64,000 nt of DNA, taken from the NCBI RefSeq assembly GCF_009914755.1, contig NC_060940.1; one strand, given 5' to 3'. Within the stretch, counting starts at the first letter, position 1. Each line of letters opens with the position of its first letter. A program made the position numbers and the translations under genes. The notes beneath the pieces were generated by a model. It was given only the letters and a program-made list of their open reading frames with translations, did not search any database and had not been told where the DNA came from. Of this stretch, positions 40,469-62,574 are shown piece by piece. Source of the stretch: the human T2T-CHM13v2.0 reference genome, Homo sapiens.

Positions 40469-41371
40469 TAGTTAAACACTGCCTATAAAGCTTATCTTAA
40501 GGAAGAGTTATAACAGTATCTGCTTCTGTTTAGCAGTTTTCTTTTTGTTCCAGAATAAAGGTGTGATTCCAGGTAAACAGTAAAGTTTTTAGAAATAGAG
40601 CTTCCCTATTGTATGCTATTTTTCCATCAGTGTCATTATCTGGAAGTGTTTACTCGTGTTATAAGATCTGTGTGAACTGACACTGCAGTAGTGGTCTCTG
40701 GGAACACAGGTTTTTGGAACACGGAGTTGGATCTCTAGCATCTCCAACGTATATCTGAGTCAAGTGATTAGAGGCTTTTTCCCTCCTTCACATACTGCTC
40801 TCTGACTGAGATGTGATCTGTGCAGTTAACTTTGCTGCCTCCTTTCCACTGTTGGGTATTTTTGTCCTTTTCTTTTGTTTCTTTTTTTTTTTTGAGATGG
40901 AGTTTTGCTCTTGTTGCCCAGGCTGGACTGCAGTGGTGCGATCTTGGTTCACTGTAACCTCTGCCTCTGGGTTCAAGCAATTCTCCTGTCTTAGCCTCCT
41001 GAGTAGCTGGGATTACAGGCGCCCACCACCGCGCCCAGCTAATTTTTTGTATTTTTAGTAGAGACAGGGTTTCATCATGTTGGCCAGGCTGGTCTTGAAC
41101 TCTGTACCTCAGGTGGGCCACTGCACCCGGCCTATTTTTGCCCTTTTCTTTCCTATTTTCTGCCTATCTTCTTGAGGAATTTGTAAGGTTAAATACTTAT
41201 AGTTACACCTTATACAGTACTTGGCTAACCCTTTTCAACTAGGAAGATTATGATGCTTAATCTTAATGAGCCAGTAATTACAGTATGTCTTCATATTCTC
41301 ACAGACACACTCAAGCGTAGAGACCATGATGGTTAAAAATAAGACTTTCAAATGACAATATCCAGTTCTTA

Positions 41372-41560
<189 letters not shown>

Positions 41561-41851
41561 TCAGGAGATTGTGCCACTGCAACAGAGTGAGACTCCATCT
41601 CAAAAAAAAAAGAAGATGGGAGGAGACAAAAGTTCTGGTTCTTAAATACTGTACTGTTGAATCAGGCAAAAATACTTACAAATGTAGAAACTGAGACTCC
41701 AATAAGATAAACCAGGTTTACAAGTCACTGTATCAGCTTGGAGGATTCCTGTCCTCTTCTCTCATCCTTGGCCCATAAGGAACATTATGTTCTTGCTGTG
41801 GCTTCTCAGTGGTATGTATTATAATAGACGTGTGTGGTGTTTGGGGAACTT

Positions 41852-41966
41852 GTTTAACTAGTGCTAGACAGCAGGCACTGTTTGTTTTCGCCTGGGAGGA
41901 AAAGAAATGCTTTTTGCAGAGATGAAGGTTGAATGATGATCACTATTCAGGATTTACCTTGTTCAG
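41852..41966 (-). repeat. Right arm of a 115-bp non-Alu inverted repeat
   Basis: Reverse complement of 40354-40468. Confidence 0.93.
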
Positions 41967-42400
41967 AAAGCTGTGGGAGGCAAGAGTAGTTAAGTTAGGA
42001 ACAGCTGTCTGGAGCTTTACCTCTTGCTTTTTATCTCAGCCGAAGGTAGGTAGTGATTTTTTTTATGTCTAATGCATATGGTATAAACTAGCATCTCATA
42101 ACTCCAAGGTCTTCTAATATGAGCAGCTGGTTTCTCTTTAGTTAGCCCTAAGAGGCCTCCGAAATAAGTCCTAAAAGTCCCCCAAATAAGAACATTCCTC
42201 TCCTGAAAAAAAAACTTTGTTGAAACGAAAGTATTATATACTTCTAGCATTGATGAATGTTACAATTAATATACTTTTAAAAATAAATTTTAGACTTTCT
42301 TTGTTATAGAGGCTGCTTCTCTTAAAAGCCTTCTCTTGGCCGGGTATGGTGGCTCATGCCTGTAATCTCATCACTTTGGGAGGCCGAGGCGGGCAGATCA

Positions 42401-42705
<305 letters not shown>

Positions 42706-42959
42706 TCATGTACCATCTGTGAATTTGGCCACATCACTGTACCACCTATACTATTATTTGCTTAGTATTTTCTTTTAAATCTACTTTACATCAATTTACT
42801 CCCCCTTTATGAAAAATTGAGGAACCGTTTACTTACAACAAATAGACCCATTTTAATTATATAGTTTGTGTTTTGGAAGTTGTATATAGTGATATTACCA
42901 CCAGCATGATCAAGATACAAAGCATTGACCTGGTGCAGTGGCTCACACCTGTAATTTCA

Positions 42960-43205
<246 letters not shown>

Positions 43206-43431
43206 TCAGAAAATAAGTCCCCTACCCACCCACCCCAAAAAAGGTACAGAGCATTTCTGTCTCCCTGAAAATGTCCCTATGTCCCTTTGCAGTGGATCCC
43301 TGCCCTGCTTTCTGTCACTCTAGACCTCTTTACCCACCCATCCCATCCCTGCACCCCCGCCTTTTTTTTTTTTTTTTTTTTTTAACTTAGATTTGTCCTC
43401 AACTGTAATGTCTCTAAATTCTGGGATTTGA

Positions 43432-43703
<272 letters not shown>

Positions 43704-44320
43704 TAATTTTTTGTATCTTTAGTAGAGACGAGATTTCACCATGTTGGACAGGCTGGTCTCAAACTCCTATCGTGATCCGCCCGCCTCTGCCTCCCAAAGT
43801 GCCAGAATTACAGGCATGAGCCACCGCTGCCAGCCAAATGTATAATTTTTTAAATTCACACTTTGGTGAACTGGTTTAACTGAGGAAAAGTGTTGATTCG
43901 TGTGTTTTCAAAAGATGAAATTTTTTTTTTTCCCCTGAAACAGAGTCTTGCTCTGTCACCTAGGCTGGAGTGCAGTGGTGCATTCTTGGCTCACTGCAAC
44001 CTCTACCTCCTGGGTTCAAGCGATTCTCCTGCCTCAGCTTCCTGAGTAGCTGGGATTACAGGTGCCCGCCATTGCACACGACTAGTTTTTGTATTTTTAG
44101 TAGAGATGGATGGGGTTTTACCATCTTGGCCAGGCTGGTCTCGAACTCCTGACTTCGTGATCTGCCCACCCCGGCCTCCCAAAGTGCTGGGATTACAGGT
44201 GTGAGCCACTGCCTAAGATGAAAAAATTTTTAAAGTGACTAGTTCATTAATTCCCAAATCTTAGGCTCTAAAGACACCTTTTATTTCTATTGTAGTTACC
44301 AGTTTTGGAAGATATGATAA

Positions 44321-44557
<237 letters not shown>

Positions 44558-45406
44558 TGACCTCGTGATCCACCTGCCTCGGCCTCCCAAAGTGCTGGGA
44601 TTACAGGTGTGAGCCACCGCGCCTGGCCTTGCCAATTTATAATTTTCCGTTAGCTTTTTTGAAAAGTTGAGAGTTGCTCCTTGACCTCCTTTACCATCTT
44701 ACCTTGCATTTGATTCTTGACTTTTCCTCCAACATTTAAATTGTCAGAACTTTTAAGCAATTTTAACATTACATATGTAATATTTCTTCTGGTAGTGAGG
44801 GAGTATTTTAATATCCCATACTGTCTGATAAAAATCGCCTAGCATAAAAACGATTCTTGGCCAGGCACTGTGGCCCACATTTCTAATCTCAGCACTTTGG
44901 GAGGCCAAGGCAGGAGGATTGCTCGTGAAGCCAGGAGTTTGAGATCAGCCTGGGTGACATAGTAGGACCATGTCTCTCCAAAAAATTTTTAAAAATTAGC
45001 TAAGTGTGGTGGCATGTGCCTGTAGCCATGTCTGCTCAGGGGGCTGAGGTTAGAGGATCACTTGAGCCCAGGAACTCAAGGCTGCAGCCAGCTATGATCA
45101 CGCCACTGTGACAGCCTGGACAATAGAGCGAGGTCATGTCTCAAAAAAAAAAAAAGTTTGTAAAAAATGCTCACGAAGGTATGAATAGTAGGGCTTGTTT
45201 TATAAAATGAGCTAACTATTAAAGTCTCAGTTCTGGCTGGGTGCAGAGGCTCACGCCTGTAATCCCAGCACTTTGGGAGGCCAAGGCAGGCAGATTATCT
45301 GAGGGCAGGAGTTTGACCCGGCCAACATGGTAAGATCCCGTCTCTACTAAAAATACAAAAAAATTAGCTGGGCGTGATGGCGGGCACCTGGAATCCCAGC
45401 TACTCA

Positions 45407-45562
<156 letters not shown>

Positions 45563-46677
45563 TTAGGAAAGGAGAATTAAATCATACCTATCATGCAACT
45601 GTGTTAGATAAAATTGTAGCAAAAATATTGAACCCACGTCATTTATACAACAGAATTAACTGTACTTGAAATATAATTTATGAATTTGTAGAGAGGTAAA
45701 ACTGTGTCTAAATTCTCAGCAATTAGTATCTATCAGAAAATGTGCATGTAGATATACCCACTCTGTAAATGCTTTGTTGCACTTTTTTTGGTTTTGGGAT
45801 TTTTGTTTGAGACAGAGTCTTGCTCTGCTGCCCAGGCTAGAGTGCAGTGGCGCGTTCTTGGCTAACTGCAAGCTCCGCCTCCCAGGTTCGAGTGATTCTT
45901 GTGCCTCAGCCTCCTGAGTAGCTGGGACTACAGGCGCACACCGCCACGTCCAGCTAATATTTGTATTTTTAGTAGAGACGGGGTTTCACCATGTTGGCCA
46001 GGCTGGTCTCAAACTCTTGACATTGGGTGATCTGCCCTGCTTTGGCCTCCCAAAGTGCTGGTTTTACAGGTGTGAGCCACCATGCGTGGCCATGCTTTCA
46101 CTCTTAAAAATGCTTGGGTTTAAGAGTTGGTGGAAAAAGGAAAAAAAAAAAATGCCCTGATCTGGATGATGAGTTTACGGCCATCTGGTTGAGACTGTTG
46201 TAAAGTAGAAATTTTCCCTGTAAAGTGTCACTTTCTTCCCAGGTGAAAACATTAATCAAGCAAGGATAATCTTTAAAATTAAACCTTAGTTCTAAATATG
46301 ATTTTTGAGTACAAGCTTTTTTAAAGTGTTGAGTTGCTTCATTTACTTACTTGATAAAATTGAGAAGCAGTATTGCCCAGTGGTTAAGAGCACTGGTCCT
46401 AGAATTTTACTTAGTTTTAAATTCTGGCTCTAAAATGTACTATGATTTGGGGCTTGTGAGGAAGTAATGTGTGTAGAGGCGTTAATTATTAGCACAATGC
46501 CTGGAATATAGTAAGCAACCCAGTAAGTATTAGTAATTATAAGGATCATAAATCTGATTGAATATTTACTCTGTGTCTGACCCTGCACTCAGTGCTAAGG
46601 GATTCAGAAATTATTTGACATTCTTCCGAGGAACTTGACATAGAATACTGTTTTTCCTTTGTTTTTTTGTTTTTTGA

Positions 46678-49370
<2,693 letters not shown>

Positions 49371-50307
49371 TACAATTTAATTCTTCATTTAGGTTTGTGT
49401 CTGGCTGTTGCCCTGGTGTTGTTTATTAATGTTGATCATACAGCTATTTTGGCATTGCCCACAGCTATTGAGGATAAGAAATGTGATGAAGAAAGTGGTA
49501 GCTGCCCCCAGTAGAAGCTTATGAAGACGCTGTTTTTAGTTTTAAGGGATCAGTTAATCTACAACTTTTCATAGAGCATTCATTGGTTTAGATCTTAATA
49601 TTATCCTGAAACTGGATAATACTTTATATTTTGAATTATCCAATTAATGCAACAAACACGTGAGGGTCTATGGCATTGGAGTCATTGTTCACATTTATTC
49701 ACCCAAACTTAACTATCAGTGCTGCTTTTCCTACCCACCCACTCCCCCCTGGGCTTACTCCCTGAAGAGCAAGAATGATTTATTTATTTTTATTTAATTT
49801 TTTGAGACAATCTTGGTCTGGCGCCAAGGCTGAAGTGCAGTGTCGCAATTTCAGCTCGCTGCAGCCTCCGCCTCCTGGGTTCAAGCGATTCTCCTGCCTC
49901 AGCCTTCCGAGTACCTAGGACTACAGGCATACGTGACCATGCCCAGCTAATTTTTGTATTTTTAGTAGAGACGGGATTTTGCCGTGTTAGCCAAGCTGGT
50001 CTCGAACTCCTGGGCCTCAGGTGATCCGTCAACCTCGGCCTCCCAACGTGCTGGGATTATAGTCGTGAGCCACTGCGCCCGGCCAGCAAGAACAATTTAA
50101 ACATAAGCCAGTTTACGTTTACGTAAACTGCATGTACACTCCAGAGTCAGAGATTCACCTGGGGATTGTGAATCTGCATTTCCCTCCTGCCTTTCAGTTT
50201 AAGCATCTTGTCATTACACGGGATTTTAGTGTTTATAAATGCATGTTCACACAATGTGGCTTCTAAACTATTTTGTGTGTATATATATGTATTATATATG
50301 TATATAG

Positions 50308-50310
<3 letters not shown>

Positions 50311-50351
<41 letters not shown>
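50311..50351. repeat. (TG)n microsatellite with adjacent (TA)-rich run
   Basis: Directly visible. Confidence 0.9.
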
Positions 50352-50353
<2 letters not shown>

Positions 50354-52169
50354 TTGTTGTTGTCGAGACAGGTTCTCTGTTGACCAGGCTGGAGTGCAGT
50401 GGTGTGATCATGGCTCACCACCAGAGCCTCAACCTCCCAGGCTCAAGTGATCATCCCACCTAAACCTCCCAAGTAGTTGGGACTACAGGCGTGCACCACC
50501 ACACCTGGCTGATTTTTGTACTTTTTGCAGATATGGGGTTTTGTCATATTGCCTAAGCTGTATTTTGTCTATTTTTTTTTTTTTTTTTGGTGACAGGTTG
50601 TTGCTCTGTCACCCAGGCAGTGGCACAATCTTGTCTCACTGTAGCCTTGACCTCCTGGGCTCAAGCAATCCTCTTGCCTCAGCCTCCTGAGTAGCTGAGA
50701 CCAGAGGCATGCACTACCATGCCCGGCTTACTTTTTTTGTATTTTTTGTAGAGACGAGGTTTTGCCATGTTGCCCAGGCTCATCTCAAACTCCCGGACTC
50801 AACTGATCCTCCTTCCTTGACCTCTCAAAAGTGCTGGGATTACAGGCATGAGCCACCACACCTGGCGTATTTTATCTATTCTTAACAGAAATATTCATTA
50901 TAATTCTATTGAAAGAAATAGCTGTGTTGCACTTAGAGAACAGTATGTTGATATCCACTCTGGCATGCCTTCCTAAGGGATTTTCAGGTTAATATGACAA
51001 TTGGAGAATTGAGCCAACTTTAGACCCGTGGTCTAAAGAGAAGTCAAAATTAGTAGGAGTCTGAATCCTTGCCTTCAAGAAGCTTGTAATCTAATTGGAG
51101 AGCACATTTATACTGGAAAGCACATCTATAAAACAATTCACAGTAAAGGGTGTAAGGAATCATGAGGATAAATGGCAGCCGCAACAACTGCAAGCATTCT
51201 GTCCCATTGTCCCCATAAATACAACCAACATTGTCAAGCAACAAGTCTAGATTTTTGGTTTAGGAAAAAAGGCATCAGTATCATTAGAGGGGATGGGAAA
51301 GAGCAAAAGTGGCTTTATCTGTAAAGGCTTCCTGGAATTATTGACTTGTAATTGAATAGGTGCTAGGAGAGAGATAGATAAAAGTCATGAGGATATTTCA
51401 GACACTATGGTCGTTGGGAGCATGAAGGTGTGAATCAAGCCAAACTGTTTATCATTTGGCTAGGTGGTAGGGGACACACGGGAGTGTCACAGCAGTGAGG
51501 ATCGTCAGGAGCATCACCAGCTGACTCAGGGGTGAAGATAAATTCTCTTGACCATCATATTCCTCATTCTCTTCACTGTCTGCACTGAGGCCTTTTTCGA
51601 GTGCTTTCTGAGCCTTCTCATAGTTAAAGTGGTGAATTTTATTGAAAACACTTGTTTTAAAATTTGTCTATTTTATCTAAAAATTTGGTCATGGCTAAAT
51701 GATTACCTTGTAAGCCCTTGTGGGAGCCAGTGTGATATAATAGAGGTCAGAAACAGGAGTCAGGGACCCTAGGTTTTGGCACCTCATTGTCGTTTATTAG
51801 CTCTATGGCCATAGGCAAGTCGCTTAACCTCTCTGCATCTTAGTTTCCTCACCTCCAAAATGTTAGACCAGAATCAGACGTTTTTATGCTATACTTTTTT
51901 TTTTTTTTCTTTTTTTGAGACAGGGTTTTACTCTGTTCCAGGCTGGAGCGCAGTGACACAATCATAGCTTACTGTAGCCTCAAACTCCCAGGCTCAAGCG
52001 ATCCTCCTACCTCTGCCTCCCAAGTAGCTAGGTCTACAGGTGTGCACCACCACACCCAGCTAATTTATTTCTCACTATGTTGCCCAAGCTGATCTGAAAC
52101 TCCTGGCCTCAAGTGATTCTTCTGCCTTGGCCTCCCAAAGAATTTTTTTTTTCTTTTCAATGACACTTT

Positions 52170-55058
<2,889 letters not shown>

Positions 55059-56798
55059 TTACAAATAAAAACTTTACTACTTTACTCAAAACCCTGTTAT
55101 ACAAAACAGAGCTGATCTGCTAGGGAGTTAGAAGCCCCAACTGCTTACCTAACCCTTCCTTCTCAGAGTCCTCCCAGGGACCTTAAAGCTCAGGAGAACA
55201 CAGCTGGAAAATCCCTGGACTAGATCCCTTAGGTCCCTTCTAGAATGTAACAATTTCTGAATCTTATATTGATAAATGGAGTGGAATTTCTTAAAAACAA
55301 TTTTGAGGAGGCAATGCAGTTTTAAATACGTACGTATTGTATGCCATGCTGTAACATATTGCTAGATACAGTGAGCAATAGGAAAAGGTAAACACAGCTC
55401 TTCCTTTAAGCAGCACACTTAGAAGAGTAAGAGGGGAACAAAAGAGCTATAACTTATATATGATATTATATGTATTATATGTAATATAATATATAATATA
55501 TAATTTATTGTTATAACACAACTCATACTACATAGAGATTGAAGTCAACAAGAATTTTCTCCCTAAACATAACTACAGAGATTAAGAATAGAGAAAGGAA
55601 AAGGAAAGGAATGCGTATGTTTTAATTCTGCAAAAAGTTCGGGCACAGTGGCTCAGCCTGTAATCCCAGCAGAAGGATAACTTGAGCTCAGGAGTTTGAG
55701 ACCAGCCTGTGCAGCATAATGAGACCTTGTATCTACAAAAAAATTTTGAAAATTAGCCAGGCATGGTGGCGAGCACTTGTATTCCCAGGTACTCAGGAGG
55801 CTGAGGTGGGAGGATCACTTGATCCCTGGAGGTCAAGGCTGCAGTGAGCCACGATCAAACCACTGTACCCCAGCCTGTGTAACAGAGCGACTGCCTCAAA
55901 AATAATATTTGTCAAAATAGCTTGTCTTTGTATCACTGCCACATTGCTTGTTTGAAACGAAGCTGACTCACTTTGTTATCATAAGTGATCTTACCAAAGA
56001 CCAAGTTGTCCAGTTGCCTTGGAGTGTAGGTCATGCGTTGCCGGTACCCTGGGGCTGTGTACAATGGCCAGGCTGAGGGGACCTTGTGGTTACCCCCATG
56101 GGACTTGTAACTTGTCAAGTGGGAAGGTGGTACCAAGTGAAGAAGGGTAGGGTCCTTGGTTTTGGCCTCACGTGGTTCTTCCCAGAATGAATGGTGAAAA
56201 AATTATAATTCTGCAGAAAAATTTAAATTCTATTTTGTTTACTTTTTGGATGGGAGATAGGTGTACACATGGCACTAAAATTCAAAAGGAACTTAAGGAG
56301 GCCAGGCACGGTGGCTCACACCTGCAATCCCAGCACTTTGGGAAGCCAAGGCGGGCAGATCACTTGAGGTCAAGAGTTCGAGACTAGCATGGCCAACATG
56401 GTGAAACCCCCCCGTCTCTACTAAAAATACAAAAATTAGCTGGGCATGGTGGTGTGTGCCTGTAATCCCAGCTACTTGGGAGGCTGAGGCAAGAGAATCA
56501 CTTGAACCCAGGAGGCAGAGGTTGCAGTGAGCAAGGTCATGCCATTGCACTCTAGTCTGGGCAACAGAGTAAGACTCCAACTCAAAAAATAAAAATAAAA
56601 ACAGCGGCTTCCTCTAGGAAGTGGGGCTGGAAGATTTTTACTTTTTCTGTTATACTTTTGTACTATTGCAAGTTTTAAAATCATGTATTTCACAGTAAAT
56701 CCAGAAGAAATTATGCACTTAATTTTTCTGGGTGAATTGTGTTATAGAGGTAATAGAGGATTATTAAAATTTCTTTCTTTTTTTTTTTTGTTTCCCAG

Positions 56799-56872
56799 AT
56801 AGCAGACCCCACGTTAGCTGAAATGGGAAAAAACTTGAAGGAGGCAGTGAAGATGCTGGAGGACAGTCAGAG
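56799..56872 (+). CDS. PDXDC1: PDXDC1 exon 2 IADPTLAEMGKNLKEAVKMLEDSQ(R)
   Basis: Long polypyrimidine tract + cccag|, |gtgagt donor, 74 bp. Confidence 0.93.
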
Positions 56873-57385
56873 GTGAGTAGGACAGAGGTGACCCTGTTCA
56901 ACGAGTTCAGCCTGCTGTGAAGCCAGTGGCTCTGGGTCCTTTCTGTTAAAGGTGCCTCTTGGCTTCACAGTGTCACACACAGCTTTGGCTGACTTGAAAA
57001 TTGGTATTTGTCTTGGGTAAAAGGTGCCTTGTAATTAAAGGATTTTGAAATTGAGAGGAAAGACTTATACTATTTAATTCTGTCTATTAAGAGTTTCATT
57101 TACTTAATATATTGATTTGACTCTATAAATACTTATTATATATTCAGGTCATATAGAGCACCAAGTAAACAAGAAGTGGGTGGAACTTTTTTGTTGCATA
57201 TTCTTGTCTTTTCCAGAAATTCAAACGATACCTGAAACTGGAGGCAGGGAGATGTGATAAATGTGTTTGAAATCCTGCCTCAGTCACTGGGAGGTTATAG
57301 GCAACATGGTCATGTTTGCATATTCAGGAGTTAGAAATTTGGTATGATGAAACAAATGAACAGCTTTTTCTTTTCTTTAAATTAG

Positions 57386-57451
57386 AAGAACAGAAGAGGA
57401 AAATGGAAAGAAGCTCATATCCGGAGATATTCCAGGCCCACTCCAGGGCAG
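57386..57451 (+). CDS. PDXDC1: PDXDC1 exon 3 (R)RTEEENGKKLISGDIPGPLQG(S)
   Basis: attag| acceptor, |gtaggt donor, 66 bp phase 2-2. Confidence 0.92.
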
Positions 57452-58107
57452 GTAGGTGGCACTGAGGATCCATACCTTTAGTTAAGGTGTAAATTTTTGT
57501 TTGTTTCTGAGATGGAGTCGTGCTCTGTTGCCCAGGATGGTGTGCAGTGGCACAATCTGGGCTCGCTGCAACCTCCGCCTCCCGGGTTCAAGCAGTTCTT
57601 TCTTGTGCCTCAGCCTCCCGAGTAGCTGGGATTACAGGCGTGCACCACCATATCTGGCTAATTTTTGTATTTTCAGTACAGATGGGATTTTGCCATGTTG
57701 GCCAGGCTGGTTTCTAACTCCTGACCTTCACCTCAGGTGATCTGCCCACCTCAGCCTCCCAAAGTGCTGGGATTACAGGTGTGAGCCACTGTGCCCGGCC
57801 TACATTTTTCTTAAACCAGTGTCTTATCATCATTGATTTATGGTTTTAGTTTTAATGAACACATAGCAAATTTAAATAGACTTATGTGCAGTATAACATT
57901 AGAAAACTGAAGTGTCGTTGGCTGGTTGGTGATATTGCTGCACCTGCTGGCTTCTCTCCCTCTCCCATTTGGAATTTAATAGATGCTAAGTACAGTGGGT
58001 CACATCTGTAATCCCAGCACTTTGGGAGGCCAAGGACAGAGGATCACTTGAGCCCAGGAGTTCAAGGTTACAGCGATCTGTGATTGTACCACTGCACTCC
58101 AGCCTGA

Positions 58108-58422
<315 letters not shown>

Positions 58423-60428
58423 TAGAAAACCAACAATTTAATACAACCTCATGAGTCAAAAGTGATACATGGAGCTAGGCACCGTGGTGCACACTTGTAG
58501 TCCCAGCTGCTTGGGAGCCTGAGGCAGGAGGATGGCTTGAGTCAAGGAGTTCGAGGCCACCCTGAACAACATGGCGAGACCCTATCAAATAAAATAAAAG
58601 TGATATACAAATTCATCATTATAACTGGTGTGTCATACTTAGTTCACTCTTGAAACCTGTCATCTATTTGGTAGACTGAGTTTTATTCTAAGAGGTATTT
58701 TAATTTGATAAGATTTATTGTTTTCATAATGTAAATGAAAGGAAAATGTCAAATTACTTATTTTTTGGCAACTGAAGCAAATCTGTCATGTTTGAGTAGG
58801 AGGAAAAATAGCAAAAAAGTAAGTAGCTGACTAAAATTTTCACAAGACATTAGCAGTTAATCTGGGATTAGTATCCCAGCCCAGCTTCCCTGAGACAAAC
58901 TTTTTTTTTTTTCCTGTTATAACCAGGAAACTGCACATAAGTAAACAGTACAACTCCCTTAAATATCCTTTGACTTGAATATAAATTGAACCAGGTTGCA
59001 AAAGAAAAGTATGGAGGAAGGATCACAGTGTGCCAATAACACGCTGAGATACTAATACTTTAAAAGTCACTCCTATTCGTAGCATGAATAATGCTGATGT
59101 GAAGCTAGGTGTGAAGTGCATTCTCAGCTCAGAACAGGAGGCAGGCCCTATAAAATCTCCTCATTCCAGGCCTACTGATGGAAACCAAAGGTTTTAAGGT
59201 TTAGTCTCCTAATTCCACGGAAGTTTTCCCAGGGGAGATACTCCCAGCAGCATCTGTAATTCTCAGCCTTAAGCCACTGACTAGGAGGATTCACACTTAG
59301 GAGTGCTACCACCCAGCATTCAAGACTAGTAACATGCCAGGCACAGCTAAGTGCCATACCTTCACTGTCTGAAGCCTCCCAAATCCATAACGTCCGGCTT
59401 GGCAAGTTGGAATAGCTTGCTCGAGGTCATGTGGCAGGCAGCCAGTGTGCCTCAAGGGCCCCTGCCTGCTCTGATCTCTACAGTGTCCAAGGCCCAGAGC
59501 CCCTCTCACTTGAAGGGCAGCACCTTGGGGACAATTGGTTTGGGGACACTGTTTTGATGGCGCTTCCTTTGTTGAAAGAGGAAACCTCTTTTTAGTCTAT
59601 TCTCATTAACAGACGAATAGCCCTGCGTTATTCCTGTTGCAAGTTGCCTTGCCATTGCTTGCTACTTCAGCCGTTCGAATTCTTTTCGTAACTTTCCATC
59701 TCCTCATGTAATGAGCATTTCATAGCAACACATCTTGGATAGAAGTAAAATGTTTTTATACTCTAAGCAGATCTCAAGGTTCCCAGCTTGGGGAAGAGCT
59801 GGTAATAAATGAAGCTTGCATTGTTAGAGGCTGTTAGTCCAAACGGACAAGATCCCTATGGAGGAAAATTAGATATACCAGTGGCATTGGAGTGTTCTGT
59901 GACTGTCTAGCATTATACTATACTAAGGATGATTATATATTATATTTTATATAATATATTTTATATTTTATATAATGTATAGTATATAATACACTTATAT
60001 ATTATAAGTACATATTATAAGGCCTTTTTGCTCTTATTACATGCTTATTAAATATTCTCTGTCTTGTACTCCAAGATTCAAATGAAATGTATAGAAATGT
60101 TGCTAGAGCAAGACTGGTGGCTGGGCAAGGTGGCTCAGGCCTGTAATCCCAGCACTATTGGAGGCTGAGGCAGGAGGATTGCTTGAGCTTGGTGGTTTGA
60201 GACCAGGCTGGGCAACATGGCAAAACCCTGTTTCTACCAAAAATAAAAAAACGGCTGGGCGTGGTGGCTCATGCCTGTAATCCCAGCACTTTGGGAGGCC
60301 GAGGAGGGTGGATCACTTGAAGCCAGGAGTTGAAGACCAGTCTGGCCAACATGGTGAAACCCCATCTCTACTAAAAATACAAAAATTAGCCGAGCGTGGT
60401 GGCGCAAGCTTGTAATCTCAGCTACTCA

Positions 60429-60608
<180 letters not shown>

Positions 60609-60821
60609 TTAACCACAAGTAAATTTATATCGGAATTCAGTTTATAATTTGAGCTTTGTTTTTTAAAAAGCATAAACTATATACCACGTTCTTTCTCTTA
60701 TAGTTGCTTAAGAAAGAAAAAAAAAACTTGAAGCAACGCTAGTTGAATGAGGGAAGTAGCGGGAGAGTGGCGGGGGATGTGTGCTGTTCCCATCAGCCCA
60801 TCAACTCTTTTTATTCTGCAG

Positions 60822-60902
60822 TGGGCAAGATATGGTGAGCATCCTCCAGTTAGTTCAGAATCTCATGCATGGAGATGAAGATGAGGAGCCCCAGAGCCCC
60901 AG
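60822..60902 (+). CDS. PDXDC1: PDXDC1 exon 4 (S)GQDMVSILQLVQNLMHGDEDEEPQSP(R)
   Basis: ttctgcag| acceptor, |gtaatg donor, 81 bp phase 2-2. Confidence 0.92.
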
Positions 60903-61249
60903 GTAATGAACCTGGCAGCTTCTCTTTTCAAGTGTATGTGTTCTTGATTTCAGTAGTGATTGCGCTCTGACAAGTTGCTCAAATAAGAAGCTATATTTCA
61001 TTGAGTTACATATGATATTAAAATAATCCTTTTTATTTTCAGAAAGACATTTATATTAATATATATTTTGTGAAATGAAGGCATTTATTGAAATTAGATC
61101 CCATAGTTTTTATGGTATCATGCCTTAGAGAGGCGCTGGCAGAAGGACTGAAGAGTGAGTGTCGGATGTCTTTCTGCTGCTGTGCTTCTGCTTCCTAAGA
61201 ATTGCTGTAGTTGTATTCATTAGGTATTTAGTTAGTTTTCTCTTCAATT

Positions 61250-62075
61250 ATTTTAAATTTAATGTTTTGAAATAAGTAAAATTATTCTCTTGGTTCAAAA
61301 TTCAGACAATGAAAAATGATATACAAAGGGAATTTTCCTTCCTACCTCTATCTCCCTACCATGTTTTCTTCTCTAGAGACAGACATTACCAGTTTCTTGT
61401 GTATTCTTCCAGAGAGATTTTATATGTATTATACACCAGCAAAATGTCTATGCCCACCCTCTCTAATACATAATTACTATGCATATGCTGTGCATCTTGC
61501 ATTTTTTCACTTATGTCTTGGAGTTCACTGCATATTAATGCACAGGAACTTTCTCCTTTGTCAGAGCTATGTGTTTTACTTTGAACAGATGAACCATATT
61601 TTATTTTATTGGTCCCCTGTCATGTTGCACTGTTACAAACATTGCTGCAGCAAACAACTTTCGACATGTGTCACTTCTCATAGAAGCAGGTGTCTGGAGG
61701 ACAAAGTCCTGAAAGTGGAGTTGCTGTCTCAGACAGTGTGTGCTTTTGTAATTTTGATAGATCCTGCCAAATTTCCCTCCATGGAGTTGCGGCATTTAGC
61801 AGTCCCACCAGCAATGTATGAGAGTACTTTATTTCCACACTTTTCACCTGCAAAGGCGTTATCAGACTGAAGGATCATTGATAAGTGATATTCTGATGAG
61901 AAATCTGATAAGTGAGAAATGGTGTTTCAGCATAATTCGAATTTGCAGGTTTTTTAAATTATGAACCAAGTGACGTGTCTTTTTGTATGTTTTAAGACCC
62001 ATTTATATTTCTAGGAACTGTCTGTTGCCCATGATCCTATTAGGTGATTTGTCTTTTTCTTATTATTCACAGTTA
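61250..62075 (-). mobile_element. Ancient L1M (L1ME-like) 3' fragment
   Basis: cccaccagcaatgtatgagagt...tttccacac and tgccaaatt motifs typical of antisense L1M ends. Confidence 0.55.
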
Positions 62076-62484
62076 ACAATTGTAAACTTTTTCCTTCTTT
62101 TTTACAGTTATTCTTTATAAGGAAAATTAGTTTTAATTCTATATAAAACATTTTATATAATCAATTTTAATTATATATAAAATAATACCTAGTCCCCCAT
62201 GAATTTGCTGTATTATTGCAATAAATAATTCTTATTTGATGCATAGACCTGAGATTTAATTCTTTTTTTTTTTTTTTTTTGAGATGGAGTCTTACTCTAT
62301 TGCCCAGGCTGGAGTGCAGTGGTGCCATTTCGGCTCACTTCAAGCTCTGCCTCCCGGGTTCACTCCATTCTCCTGCCTCAGCCTCCTGAGTAGCTGGGAT
62401 TACAGGTGCCCACCACCAGGCCCGGCTAATTTTTTGTATTTTTAGTAGAGATGGGGTTTCACCATGTTAGCCAGGATGGTCTCA

Positions 62485-62574
<90 letters not shown>

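Noticed and set aside
59160-59700. Non-repetitive, moderately GC-rich intronic stretch that might be an exon or pseudogene fragment
   Set aside because: No recognisable translation, poly(A)/TSD or paired splice sites.
61316-61870. 184-aa ORF in PDXDC1 intron 4
   Set aside because: Overlaps a degraded antisense L1M fragment; no recognisable domain or splice structure.
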